Below, piece after piece: positions 38,112 to 47,346 of a DNA stretch of 64,000 bases. Both the position numbers and the translations under genes were made by a program. The notes beneath the pieces were generated by a model. That model ran no database searches and had not been told where the DNA came from. It saw nothing but the letters and a program-made list of their open reading frames with translations. The stretch is taken from the IMG/VR virus record IMGVR_UViG_3300009168_000009, positions 227-64,226 of that record; one strand, 5' to 3'. Every line of letters begins with the position of its first letter. Position 1 is the first letter of the stretch. Source of the DNA: a virus (Duplodnaviria; Caudoviricetes).

Positions 38112-38759
38112 ATGCCTAAGTTACCCAAGTGGCGGCCGTTGCAGCGCGCAACGACTGCCGGACGGGAGAATGCCGAAGCCGTCGCCACGGCCATGCAAAC
38201 GTATGGCCTGGACGAAGCAGCGGCACGGGCAAAACTTGATGCCTACGCCGCCGAGTCTGAATACTGGATCAACGATCTCTATCAAGTCCAAGTCCGACGC
38301 TACGCCGATCTCACTCACATCAATATCCGACGACGCGACGGCGGCCCGATCCTGCGAGACTGGCGACACTTCCAGCAGATCAAGAATGAGTTGGTCGGCA
38401 CGGAGGCGGAAGCCGTCGAGCTGTATCCAGCTGAGAGTCGGAAGTGGGATGAAGCCAACAAGTATCATCTTTGGTGTCTGACGGACGGCTCGCGCTTTCC
38501 GTTCGGCTTCGATGATCGTCACGTCAGCTTCGACAGCGGCAAGGCCCGTGGATTGCGGCAACGGGGCCGCACGATGGAATTCCCCGATGATGACAAGTCC
38601 ACAGCGCAGGAGCTGGGACCGCAGAGACGCGCCTGCAGAATGTGCGGAGCGACCGAGGGCGAGCTGCATCACGATCAATCCGCGCGCGATCGAATGACGA
38701 CGCTCGATCCGCGACTCGTCTGCATGCTCTGCGCAGAAGGACTGGCCGAGCTAGACTGA
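38112..38759 (+). CDS. conserved phage hypothetical protein with C-terminal Zn finger
   Basis: DWR.FQ.IKNEL.G.E.EAVELYP.ESR..D.AN.YHLW motif; CRMC..CMLC. Confidence 0.8.
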   Translation: MPKLPKWRPLQRATTAGRENAEAVATAMQTYGLDEAAARAKLDAYAAESEYWINDLYQVQVRRYADLTHINIRRRDGGPILRDWRHFQQIKNELVGTEAEAVELYPAESRKWDEANKYHLWCLTDGSRFPFGFDDRHVSFDSGKARGLRQRGRTMEFPDDDKSTAQELGPQRRACRMCGATEGELHHDQSARDRMTTLDPRLVCMLCAEGLAELD

Positions 38760-38765
38760 AACTCA

Positions 38766-38800
38766 AAACCCCGACCACTTGCGTGGCCGGGGTTTTTTTT
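38766..38800 (+). terminator. rho-independent terminator closing the leader-motif array
   Basis: AAAACCCCGACCAC-ttgc-GTGGCCGGGG followed by a T run. Confidence 0.9.
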
Positions 38801-38999
38801 GGCGTGGCAGTCTTGCATACAGCCAGCCCGCCGCGCGCTCTGCGAGTCACACGAGCACGGCACGCGCGATTGCGTGAAGTGGTATCCCGTTCGTATCGTC
38901 CGCACAACAAGCCGTTGCCCAAGTCCCGCACGTGCGGGCTCGACTTGACGCAGCAAGCTGTGCCCGATCGTGCGTCACTTGCAAAAGTTTATCTTGTGC

Positions 39000-39017
39000 A
39001 ATGTCGCATTTTGCGAC
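39000..39017. promoter_or_regulatory. second copy (inverted) of the 18-bp operator
   Basis: AATGTCGCATTTTGCGAC is the exact reverse complement of 32293-32310. Confidence 0.85.
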
Positions 39018-39036
39018 ACGTTCAACGGAGTGAAAG

Positions 39037-39225
39037 ATGCAAACGAAAACATTCGTCAGGCAAGTCCGCCAGGAGCTTGATCTGCGGCAGCTGGACTTCG
39101 CTGCCGCGCTTGGAGTCTCGCGTGCGACGATCGTTCGTTATGAGAACGGGGCATCCGTCCGCCCCATTGTCCTACGTGCGATCCGTCAACTGCGAGAACA
39201 ACACAAGAGGAAAAGGAAGACATGA
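39037..39225 (+). CDS. XRE-family HTH regulator
   Basis: R..L.L.Q..FA..LGVS..TI.RYENG. Confidence 0.9.
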   Translation: MQTKTFVRQVRQELDLRQLDFAAALGVSRATIVRYENGASVRPIVLRAIRQLREQHKRKRKT

Positions 39226-39425
39226 GACGCCGACGCATATCGAGGCTTAATCCCGCGAAGCCTCCTCCTCCTCCGATCGCATTGAACGCGCTCGGACTGC
39301 CGTTGTCTCCGTTGTTCGATCGCAAGTGGAAACGCAAGATGCCGCTGACATCGATCCGGAGACTCCTTGTACCGCAGAACGGATTCCGTTTTGTGCAGGA
39401 CGATCGAGGACACGATGGACCCTGA
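39222..39425 (+). CDS. hypothetical basic protein
   Basis: ATGA overlap with HTH gene. Confidence 0.45.
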   Translation: MRRRRISRLNPAKPPPPPIALNALGLPLSPLFDRKWKRKMPLTSIRRLLVPQNGFRFVQDDRGHDGP

Positions 39426-39585
39426 CGCATGTTTGATCCGACTCCTCGAAGCGATCGGGGACAACGATTGGGATGAATCCCTCCATGCCCTGGACGATCT
39501 ATTCCAGTGGCTCAGTCGTGGGGGCTTCGCCCCCAACACGCAAGCTGCAGCCGAGACGCTGCGAGAACGGATGCGTGATCGATGA
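39415..39585 (+). CDS. hypothetical protein
   Basis: GAGG SD; MDPDACL..L..WL.RGGF.P motif. Confidence 0.65.
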   Translation: MDPDACLIRLLEAIGDNDWDESLHALDDLFQWLSRGGFAPNTQAAAETLRERMRDR

Positions 39586-39938
39586 AGGCACTCTCCATCC
39601 AGCAGCCGTGGGCTCACTTGATCGTCGCGGGATTGAAGCCGATCGAGAATCGGACGTGGACGACAGCCTATCGCGGCCCGCTCCTGATCCATGCGTCGCA
39701 GAAGATGTGCATTGCAGTCGAGTCGATCGAAGCCGCGTTCGGCATCAAGATCGATCGCCGACTTCTGCATTTCGGATGCGTGATCGGGCGCGTCGATCTT
39801 GTGGACGTGATCGAGGAATCGGACTCCCCATGGTTCGATGGCCCCTACGGCTTCGTCCTGCGCAATCCACGTCCGATCAAGCCGAGGCCGTGGCGTGGCC
39901 AGCTCAAACTCTTTGACGTGACGATGAAAATTCACTGA
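39582..39938 (+). CDS. ASCH domain protein
   Basis: MKALSIQQPWA.LI..G.K.IENR.W...YRGPLLIHA..GQLKLF. Confidence 0.92.
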   Translation: MKALSIQQPWAHLIVAGLKPIENRTWTTAYRGPLLIHASQKMCIAVESIEAAFGIKIDRRLLHFGCVIGRVDLVDVIEESDSPWFDGPYGFVLRNPRPIKPRPWRGQLKLFDVTMKIH

Positions 39939-39966
39939 CTCCAACCCAGAGTGAAAAGGAAAAGAC

Positions 39967-40155
39967 ATGACTCGACTACTGACTGCCGCTGCGATCCTCG
40001 CAGCGTTGACGCTGACGGCTCACGCCGAATCGCGTTCCTACTACAATGCGAAGGGCTCCTATGCGGGCTCCTCCTACACGCGCGGCAACTCCACGTCCTT
40101 CTATGACAGTCGCGGATCGTATGCCGGATCGAGCATCCGGACGGGGAGGCGATGA
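39967..40155 (+). CDS. small exported protein with tandem repeat
   Basis: Signal peptide ending AHA; SYYNAKGSYAGSS / SFYDSRGSYAGSS. Confidence 0.7.
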   Translation: MTRLLTAAAILAALTLTAHAESRSYYNAKGSYAGSSYTRGNSTSFYDSRGSYAGSSIRTGRR

Positions 40156-40330
40156 TGGCGCACAAGGTATCCCGCGACGATGATCTGATCCCCGAGCTGC
40201 GTAAATACGTCAGCGCGCATCCGCCCCACGCTGAGCTGATACGCGCGATCGATCGCTATCGTAAAGCGACGCGCGTGCAGCTGCAGCCTGCGCTGCGAAT
40301 GATCCTGCAGGTACTTGAGGAGGCGGCGTG

Positions 40331-40594
40331 ATGGCAACTTTCAAAGTCCACGTGTCCCAATACGTGGAGGAAACGGCTGTGCTGGAAGTCGAGGCCGACA
40401 CGGTTGAGGCTGCGCGCGCGCTGGCCGAGATCACGTTGACCGAGGGCGAGATCGATTGGGAGGACGGCACGGACTGCTTTCCCGCAACGATCCAGCGCGT
40501 GGACAACGACAACAACGACACGCTGTGGGAGGCAGGCGACGACGATCGTCCCGATCGCCCGCGAGTTGGATCAAAATTGTTGCTGGAGGAATGA
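40331..40594 (+). CDS. acidic hypothetical protein
   Basis: GAGGAGG SD; EVEADT.E.A...A motif. Confidence 0.65.
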   Translation: MATFKVHVSQYVEETAVLEVEADTVEAARALAEITLTEGEIDWEDGTDCFPATIQRVDNDNNDTLWEAGDDDRPDRPRVGSKLLLEE

Positions 40595-40772
40595 ACATGT
40601 GGGCGTTGCTGATCTATGTCGGAGAGGGCGCCGCGCGCGCACTCGTGATGGCCGTTGGGCCGTTCGATGACGAAGCCGACGCCTGGGTCTTCCACGAACA
40701 ACATGCGGACGTTTGCAAGCACACGGTCGAAGTGCTGCGGCTTGCGCATCCGCTGCACGAGGTAGGTGCGGA

Positions 40773-41324
40773 ATGACCGCCTACGGCTATGCCCGCGTTT
40801 CGACGCGGGATCAGGACTTGACCGGCCAGCTCCACGAGCTGGCCGGTGCCGGGTGTGCGGAAGTTTTCCGCGAGAAGCTGTCTGGAGCGAAAACGGATCG
40901 GCCCCAGCTTGCGCACGTTCTGTCTAAACTTGGGGCCGGCGACGTGCTCGTGGTCACGCGGCTCGATCGACTGGCTCGATCGACGCGCGATCTCCTCAAC
41001 GTCATCAACGAAGTGAGCGCGCGCGGGGCCGGCTTCCGCTCGCTGAAAGACGTGTGGGCAGACACGACGACTCCGCATGGACGTTTGATGCTCACGATCC
41101 TGGGCGGGCTCGCAGAGTTCGAACGCGAGCTGATCCGCGCCAGGACCGGGGAGGGGCGACAACGGGCACAGGCCCGTGGCGTCAGCTTCGGCCGGCCGCG
41201 CAAAGTCACGCCAGACATCCGGCGCGAGATCGATAGACGACTGCAACGCGGCGAGACGCAGCTTGCCATTGCGCAGGCTCTCGGCGTTCACGCCGCGACG
41301 ATCAGCCGACGCAAACGGACATGA
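40773..41324 (+). CDS. small serine recombinase (resolvase/invertase) with C-terminal HTH
   Basis: YGYARVST..Q, RP.L, VVTRLDRLARS, AEFER.LI..RT..G, GRP, HTH. Confidence 0.95.
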   Translation: MTAYGYARVSTRDQDLTGQLHELAGAGCAEVFREKLSGAKTDRPQLAHVLSKLGAGDVLVVTRLDRLARSTRDLLNVINEVSARGAGFRSLKDVWADTTTPHGRLMLTILGGLAEFERELIRARTGEGRQRAQARGVSFGRPRKVTPDIRREIDRRLQRGETQLAIAQALGVHAATISRRKRT

Positions 41325-41431
41325 GAGAGTTGGTCAATTTCATCGGCGTGCTCATTCTGATCGTGCTCGCCTCAACCGTCGCCGTCCTGATCGGACTGGC
41401 GATCTATGCATGGACACACTGAGAGGGACCG

Positions 41432-41722
41432 ATGCTGAAACCTATTTGCGTGAAGTGCCAGCGGTTCTATCGGCCGCACTACAACGGCCGCTGGTTCGTG
41501 GAAGGAATGCCGAAGGGCGGCTCTGCCGACGCGCTTCCCGGCAAGGATCATCCCGAAGATTGGAAGCCGTACAAGGTCTGGGTCGGCGACGAATGGATAT
41601 GCCACGGCTGCGGCCACTTGATCATCGTTGGCGTCGCTTGGTCGCCGGTGCGCGAACACTATCAGGACGACTTCGAACAAGCGCGAGAGCGCGCGACATA
41701 TCTGCAAGTCAATGATTGCTGA
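41432..41722 (+). CDS. Zn-ribbon hypothetical protein
   Basis: CVKC..CHGC. Confidence 0.65.
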   Translation: MLKPICVKCQRFYRPHYNGRWFVEGMPKGGSADALPGKDHPEDWKPYKVWVGDEWICHGCGHLIIVGVAWSPVREHYQDDFEQARERATYLQVNDC

Positions 41723-41730
41723 GAGGGACC

Positions 41731-42309
41731 ATGAGCAGAAACAACGCCAGCGCGAGGCGCACACGGCCGAGCGACATCGCCGCGTTCAAACACAAGCATC
41801 CGCTCGACTCGCACGTGGAGCGCACGATCGCCGAGTTTGGCAATCAGTATGTGGTGGAGATCAAGGGCACGTTCGAAATCTTCCGCTTCACTGCGCCGGA
41901 ATACGGCGAGGTCATCTTCGATATCCGAGGGATCAAGGACGCGCTGGCCGAAAACCGGCTGCCGTTCCAGATGATGCAGCTCAAGCTGGATGCCGGGCTG
42001 GTGGAGCACGTCCGCAGGAATAACGGCGTGGAGGCCAAGCGCATGGCCGAGCTGACGGCCGCCGATCTGGAACGTCCAGGGATCATGGCGCAATGGCCGG
42101 ATCAGCACACCAGCTGCATCGACGGCAACAATCGGCTGGTGCGGCGCTGGGATGACGGGCTGCGCACGTATCGCTTCGCGCTGATCTTGATGAACGAAAC
42201 GATTCAGCCGTACATCTGCCGTCCTGGGCAAGAGGATCACTTCCTCGATCGCAAGAATCAGGAGCAGGGCGTGGTGTCGATCCGCCGCATGATCGCGCCG
42301 CACCAATGA
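41731..42309 (+). CDS. ParB/Srx-like domain protein
   Basis: P.I......IDGNNRL motif. Confidence 0.55.
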   Translation: MSRNNASARRTRPSDIAAFKHKHPLDSHVERTIAEFGNQYVVEIKGTFEIFRFTAPEYGEVIFDIRGIKDALAENRLPFQMMQLKLDAGLVEHVRRNNGVEAKRMAELTAADLERPGIMAQWPDQHTSCIDGNNRLVRRWDDGLRTYRFALILMNETIQPYICRPGQEDHFLDRKNQEQGVVSIRRMIAPHQ

Positions 42310-42457
42310 GGGGCAATGGAACGACTGGACAGGCTGCAGCGGTGCGTGCTGAACGACTTCGGGGAATGTCTCAGCGTGAGCCCACCGATCGGCTGCATCT
42401 GTGCGCAGATGCCGCCCGACGTGCTGCGCGCGGCGCATCGCTATTTCGGGGGCGACG

Positions 42458-42679
42458 ATGACGAAGCCGCTGGATATGTGGACGATCTACCACAAGCCCG
42501 ATGACTACCCCGACGAATTCGTGGCGCGGCGCTGGGAAATTCTCATCGATATCACGGCGACCAATGACATGTTCGTGGCCGACACCCTGGAGGAGCTGCG
42601 CGCGCTGCTGCCGCCGGGGCTGGTCTGTCTGCACCGGCAGCCGCTCGATGATCCGAGGATCGTGGAGGTTTGGTTATAG
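42458..42679 (+). CDS. hypothetical protein
   Basis: WTIY..P.DYP..FVAR..TLEE.R..LP.GL..DDP.IVE.W. Confidence 0.7.
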   Translation: MTKPLDMWTIYHKPDDYPDEFVARRWEILIDITATNDMFVADTLEELRALLPPGLVCLHRQPLDDPRIVEVWL

Positions 42680-42696
42680 GGCGGCTTTAGCCGCCC
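42679..42696. terminator. hairpin at convergence of plus and minus gene blocks
   Basis: GGGCGGCT-tt-AGCCGCCC directly after stop; no clear U tract. Confidence 0.4.
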
Positions 42697-42780
42697 CACC
42701 ACCACCCGATGATCACCAGCCAGAGCAGGGCCGCCGCCACGATCAAGTAGCCGCAGCCCTGCAGCGTCTCGTCGCCGTTG

Positions 42781-43029
42781 TCAGCCATGCTCCGGCAATG
42801 GCGGCTGCGTGTTCACGAGATCGGCGAATGCGCCCCGCGTCTTTGACAGTTTGAAGTTGCACATCTGCATCGCCAGCCCGCCGTTCACGTTGGCCGGAAA
42901 GCCGCGATATATCCCGCGCTTGGCGTAGGCGTTGGCGGCCGTGGTGTCGAAGATGCCCGACGATGGAATGTCGGCGGTCTTCAACTCAAGTGATGCGAAC
43001 TCCATATCCACTTTGCTTGCTAGGGTCAT
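42781..43029 (-). CDS. hypothetical protein
   Basis: Start supplied by the 25-bp repeat. Confidence 0.5.
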   Translation of the reverse strand: MTLASKVDMEFASLELKTADIPSSGIFDTTAANAYAKRGIYRGFPANVNGGLAMQMCNFKLSKTRGAFADLVNTQPPLPEHG

Positions 43030-43244
43030 GGTGTGGTGTCCTTGAGGGCGTGGCTGGCGGTTTCGTGCTGATCCCGACATGCACTCGACCTGCAGACGTG
43101 GACGCTGTGTCCGGTTTTGATAGCGCAATCCGAGCAAGCCAATATAGTGTCCTGTCCGCAGATGACACATGGGGCGGTTGTGAATGGGCACCGTGTAGAA
43201 CCGATGTGCATCCCGCCGCAGGTCGGACAGTTCTGAATAATCAT
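43026..43244 (-). CDS. small Cys-rich Zn-finger protein
   Basis: CPTC, CVIC, CSDC, C....C; flanked by direct repeats. Confidence 0.65.
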   Translation of the reverse strand: MIIQNCPTCGGMHIGSTRCPFTTAPCVICGQDTILACSDCAIKTGHSVHVCRSSACRDQHETASHALKDTTP

Positions 43245-43265
43245 GGTGTGGTGTCCTTGAGGGCG
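43026..43265. repeat. 25-bp perfect direct repeat (43026-43050, 43241-43265)
   Basis: TCATGGTGTGGTGTCCTTGAGGGCG twice. Confidence 0.95.
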
Positions 43266-43582
43266 GCGCGGGCAGCGTTTACCCGCTCGTTCGCAGCCTT
43301 GGCCATCGGGCTCCCATATTTGGTCAGCTTGTCCCACTCCATCAGCAATCCTTCGACTGCCGCCGTCAGCCGCTCGATCTCGGCTTCTGCCTTGTGCGCA
43401 CGTTCATGCCAATATTCCCATGCGTCGGCGCACTCTTCTTCTTCGGTTGGCGCGGGTAATGGCTCATCGCCGAGGTCGGGCTCTTGATCCATTCTGCTCA
43501 TGACACGACGCACATAGCCCATTTCCGTCATCCATATCCGCAGCGCAGCGCCCAGCTTACTGTCAGAGTCGTTGTTGCTCAT
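43241..43582 (-). CDS. hypothetical coiled-coil protein
   Basis: GGAGG SD; AEAEIERL..A motif. Confidence 0.6.
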   Translation of the reverse strand: MSNNDSDSKLGAALRIWMTEMGYVRRVMSRMDQEPDLGDEPLPAPTEEEECADAWEYWHERAHKAEAEIERLTAAVEGLLMEWDKLTKYGSPMAKAANERVNAARAALKDTTP

Positions 43583-43833
43583 TCTCCCCTCCAATGGGAT
43601 CGATCGGCGCTGTCCGCTTCTGAAAGCGGCGGATCAGCTCCTCCAACAGCAGCAAGTCTGAATTCTTGAACCACACCCCGGCCGCGCGCCGCAGCTGCTC
43701 GATCAGCTCGGCTTCGCTCATGTCTCGCGGTCCCATGATCACTCCCAATCGCGACGGCGATAATCCCGCGTCACCCACCACGCCGCCAGCAGCGTCAGCA
43801 GCATGAAGATCACCGCGACGACTCCGACGATGA

Positions 43834-44013
43834 TCAGGACGCTTGCGAGCGTGCCCATTTGAGAATGATCTCGACCCGCTTGATGGAAAGCCGGAAACGT
43901 CGCGCAATCTGCAGCAACGGTACTCCGGCGGCAGCCCGTCTCACAATCTCGGCGTCACGTTCTTTGCGTTGCTGCGACGATAACGACGGCTTGCCGGTCG
44001 CCGTGCGCTTCAA
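43834..44013 (-). CDS. small Mor/C-like HTH protein
   Basis: ERDAEIVR....G.....IARRF.LS..RV..I; TTG start overlapping SDR stop. Confidence 0.55.
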   Translation of the reverse strand: MKRTATGKPSLSSQQRKERDAEIVRRAAAGVPLLQIARRFRLSIKRVEIILKWARSQAS

Positions 44014-44879
44014 TAATCGAAGCTGGCACCCAGCTCCTCCGCGTCCACGAGTGGCGGCTTGGCCTTCTCCTTCGGCTTGACCGGCGGCCCGTCCCGCATG
44101 CCGAGCGACAGCCCGCCGTCGATCGTGAGCACCGCGCCGTTGATGTAGCGGCCGAGATCGGACACGAGCAGGAGGAGTGCGCCATCGAGATCGGCCGGAT
44201 GCCCGAACCGGCGCAGCGGAATGTCCTGCACGATCCCCGCGCCGCGCTCGCTCTGCAGGAAGGCTTGCGTCATTGGAGTCAGTGACCAGCCAGGGGCGAG
44301 CGCGTTGACGCGGATGCCCAGCTCGCCCCACTCCAGGGCCAGACACTTCGTCAGCTGGATCAGGCCAGCCTTGGCCACGGCGTAGGCCACCATGTTTTTG
44401 GTCGGCAGCTGCCCGAAGTTCGAGGCGATGTTGACGATCGAGCCGCCGATCGGCTGCGGGGCGCTGGTCATCCGATTGGCCGCCTCCTGCGCCAGCAGGA
44501 ACGGCGCGATCAGGTCCACGTCGAGCACGTCGCGGAATGTCGCGGCCGAACACTTGTGCGCCTTGTCGGCGTGGCCGATGCCGGCGTTGTTGATCAGGAT
44601 CGAGGCCGGCCGCCTGAATATCCGCTCGACTTCATCGAACAACGGCCCCGGCTCGTCGCGCACGTCATGCGGAAAGAATACCACCCGGCCGCCTATGCCT
44701 GTGAGCTCCTCCGCCAGCTTCTCCATGCGATCGAGATCACGCGCCACGATCGCAACGTCGGCTTGGCACGCCAGCAGCAGCCGGCACATGCGTTTGCCAA
44801 AGCCGCCGGTGGCGCCGGTGACGATCGCGAGCTGATCCTCCAGATTGTAGGCCGGCGGCCGCATCATGATCTTGATCAT
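44010..44879 (-). CDS. classical short-chain dehydrogenase/reductase
   Basis: TGATGGFG, NNAG, NIAS, YAVAK, IRVNALAPG, IDGG. Confidence 0.92.
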   Translation of the reverse strand: MIKIMMRPPAYNLEDQLAIVTGATGGFGKRMCRLLLACQADVAIVARDLDRMEKLAEELTGIGGRVVFFPHDVRDEPGPLFDEVERIFRRPASILINNAGIGHADKAHKCSAATFRDVLDVDLIAPFLLAQEAANRMTSAPQPIGGSIVNIASNFGQLPTKNMVAYAVAKAGLIQLTKCLALEWGELGIRVNALAPGWSLTPMTQAFLQSERGAGIVQDIPLRRFGHPADLDGALLLLVSDLGRYINGAVLTIDGGLSLGMRDGPPVKPKEKAKPPLVDAEELGASFDY

Positions 44880-45097
44880 GACTGCGCCTTGCCGCATGTC
44901 GGACACACCGGCGATGCCGGCGGGGAGCCGAACACCTTCTCGGCCGGCAGCGTCTTCCATGTCGGATTGCCGCGCTCGATCACGCCAGACGCCAGCAGAT
45001 TGAGCCGGTCGAATTCCGGCGTGCGCGCCAGCCGCGAGTCCGCGATCATGTTGAGCGCGCTGCGCAAGCCGGCGCGGAGTTCGTCCACTTCGCTCAT
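44876..45097 (-). CDS. small protein with C-terminal CPTC
   Basis: Coupled by overlaps on both sides. Confidence 0.5.
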   Translation of the reverse strand: MSEVDELRAGLRSALNMIADSRLARTPEFDRLNLLASGVIERGNPTWKTLPAEKVFGSPPASPVCPTCGKAQS

Positions 45098-46224
45098 CCC
45101 AATGCTCCCTCGATCCCGAGCAGCGCCTTGGCCACGTCCTTGTCGATCGCCGGCCCGCAGAATTCGAACATCGCACACGGCCGCCCGCCCCAGTGGCCGA
45201 CGAACGTCTTGCGCTGCGTGCGCTGATTGGACTTGGCGAAGCTGCCCGGTTTTTTCAGCAAGCGCCAGTCCGGCGAACGGTCCAGGCTGCGGATGTGAGA
45301 CGGATGCGCCGGGAAGCCGTGCACGTCAATGCCGAGCGCGCGATAGGCCCCGCACACCTTGCTCTCCAGAAACATCACCAGCCCCATGCCCTGATAATCC
45401 GGCAGCGTCACCGCGCGGCTGATCGCTCGCAGATTTTTCCGCTTGGGATGTGGAATGTTGATCATCGCGATGAAACTGGCCGGCGTCCCGTTGACGAATA
45501 GGCAGAAACATCGCGCCGCGCGGTGCAGCTCGGCAGTCAGATAGTGAAAGGGAGCGAACAAGCGCCAAGTCGGGTAATCGACCCGCGAAATCTCGACGGC
45601 GAGTGCCGGTCGTCGTTGAACCGACCTCCATTGAAACGTCATCGTGGCCGGCTCCAGCAGCCAGTCCGGCTGCAGCCATTCGATGATGTCATAGTGACAG
45701 CTGGCGGCGACGAGTTTTTTGTTGGGATGCTTGCGCACATACTTCTGCACCGCATGACTGCCGATCTGCGCCACCTGACGATCAACCACGCTGGTGAATT
45801 CATCGATCGGCACCGTGTCGCCGCCCTCCAGCAGCTGCCTTGCCACTTCGACGCGGAATTTCTCGCCCGTGGACAACACGCTATGCGGCTTGCACCAGCT
45901 CGGAATGGTGTTGAAGCCCACGGCACTGCATATCTCGGCGATCTTCTCGATGCCGTGCTCGCTGCCGAAGTCGTCAATGACCGAGCCAGCATTCCATTGC
46001 AGCTGGGCTGGCTCGCCGAACACGTGGCGCAGGATCGAGGACTTGCCGCAGCCACTTGGGCCGACGATCAGACCGAGCTGCCACGGTTTTTGCTCGAGCG
46101 GAATGTCGCCCTGCCAGCGATGCGTCAGCTTGTCGGCCAACGGCACGTCGAACATGCCGGACAGCTGCTTCACTCGTGGAGTGGCGACGAGGTTGGAGGC
46201 GACTTCAAGATCGATCGTGGTCAC
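45094..46224 (-). CDS. ABC-type ATPase fused to GNAT acetyltransferase
   Basis: GPSGCGKS, LSTGEK, IDEF, then SRAVTLPDYQGMG acetyl-CoA motif; no TM segments. Confidence 0.88.
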   Translation of the reverse strand: MTTIDLEVASNLVATPRVKQLSGMFDVPLADKLTHRWQGDIPLEQKPWQLGLIVGPSGCGKSSILRHVFGEPAQLQWNAGSVIDDFGSEHGIEKIAEICSAVGFNTIPSWCKPHSVLSTGEKFRVEVARQLLEGGDTVPIDEFTSVVDRQVAQIGSHAVQKYVRKHPNKKLVAASCHYDIIEWLQPDWLLEPATMTFQWRSVQRRPALAVEISRVDYPTWRLFAPFHYLTAELHRAARCFCLFVNGTPASFIAMINIPHPKRKNLRAISRAVTLPDYQGMGLVMFLESKVCGAYRALGIDVHGFPAHPSHIRSLDRSPDWRLLKKPGSFAKSNQRTQRKTFVGHWGGRPCAMFEFCGPAIDKDVAKALLGIEGALG

Positions 46225-47075
46225 AGCGATGCGCCGGTTGCTTTGTTGTCTGGCTTTGGCCGCGACGGCTCGTCGTCGGGAAAGTCGTAGCCGTTGGCTT
46301 CCAGCCAGAGCTTGAGGCCGCGCCGCAATACCTCCTGCATCGTTATTCTTTTATCAAAGGCGGCCTGCCGCATGACGGCATGAACCTCCTCCTTGATCAG
46401 GAAAACCACCTGCTTCATGTTGGCGCGGTCCTTGCGCTCAAGCGTGATGCCAACATCCCTCATCGCAACAGCCGCGGCTTCTGCCAGCTCATCGAAGTGT
46501 CTGTCCTCCCGCGCCCGCTGCTTCGCGTCTTCAGCCTGCTGCTTCGCGAATTCAGCCTGCTGCCCTTTTGCATACTGCTCGTTCTGCTTGGCAGCCGCCG
46601 CCGTGGCCCGATGATTCGCCGCCACCCAGGCTTCATGGGCGGGCGTGCGCCGCAGCAGATCAACGATGCTGCCGTTGATCTCCTGCTGTATGGCATGCTC
46701 AAAATCGGCGTCGGATATCTCCATCAGCCTCATGATCTCGATGATGCGCGCGTCGCTCATGTCCGCCACGGTCGAATCGTCGGGAAAGGCCGCTCTGACC
46801 TTCTTGACCCTGGCAACCTGCGTTTCGCCGTCATAAAACTTCACCGCCGACGCAACCAACTCCCCGATCCGCCGCCATGCACGGGCGCGGACACGATGAA
46901 ACATCAGCACCGTCTTGCTGTCATTGATCTGCTTGTAATAGGCCGCCATCGCCACCGACTTGTCGACGATATCCTTGCATTCATCGAAGCCGTGGCAGAC
47001 GGCGATCGCCTTGCACATCTGCTTGTATTGAACCAGATGCTTGTCGGCCTTGCTCAGCACGATGTCCCTGTCCAT
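46221..47075 (-). CDS. hypothetical protein with C-terminal ribbon-helix-helix-like segment
   Basis: Y..MC.AIA.C...DE.KDI.DK N-terminus; QVVFLI.EE.H..MR..A.....TMQE.L...L. Confidence 0.65.
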   Translation of the reverse strand: MDRDIVLSKADKHLVQYKQMCKAIAVCHGFDECKDIVDKSVAMAAYYKQINDSKTVLMFHRVRARAWRRIGELVASAVKFYDGETQVARVKKVRAAFPDDSTVADMSDARIIEIMRLMEISDADFEHAIQQEINGSIVDLLRRTPAHEAWVAANHRATAAAAKQNEQYAKGQQAEFAKQQAEDAKQRAREDRHFDELAEAAAVAMRDVGITLERKDRANMKQVVFLIKEEVHAVMRQAAFDKRITMQEVLRRGLKLWLEANGYDFPDDEPSRPKPDNKATGASL

Positions 47076-47103
47076 TGCTGCTGTCCTTTTGGTTGTGGAA
47101 GGC

Positions 47104-47346
47104 TCATCGTGCCCCCCGGCCGGCGCAGTTGTCGCCGCGCGCGGTCATCGTCTTGGATTGTACACGCTGATCGAGGAGGGCGGCTAAGCCGGTGTGCTTG
47201 GCACAGCTCCAGCCCTCGGGAGCCATCGTCAGATAACGGCAGCAGGCGTGGCCCTGGCCCAGCTTGCAAACGCCCTTGGCCCATTCCGGCGTCGGCGGAT
47301 CAAAGCTCTGATACGTCCGCAGCAGCGCGGCACGATCGTCCATCAC
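47104..47346 (-). CDS. small Cys-rich protein
   Basis: CKLGQG..CCRYL..C.K..ARGDNC. Confidence 0.65.
   Translation of the reverse strand: MMDDRAALLRTYQSFDPPTPEWAKGVCKLGQGHACCRYLTMAPEGWSCAKHTGLAALLDQRVQSKTMTARGDNCAGRGAR

Noticed and set aside
45094-46224. ABC transporter
   Set aside because: No membrane subunit nearby, and the ATPase is fused to a GNAT domain.
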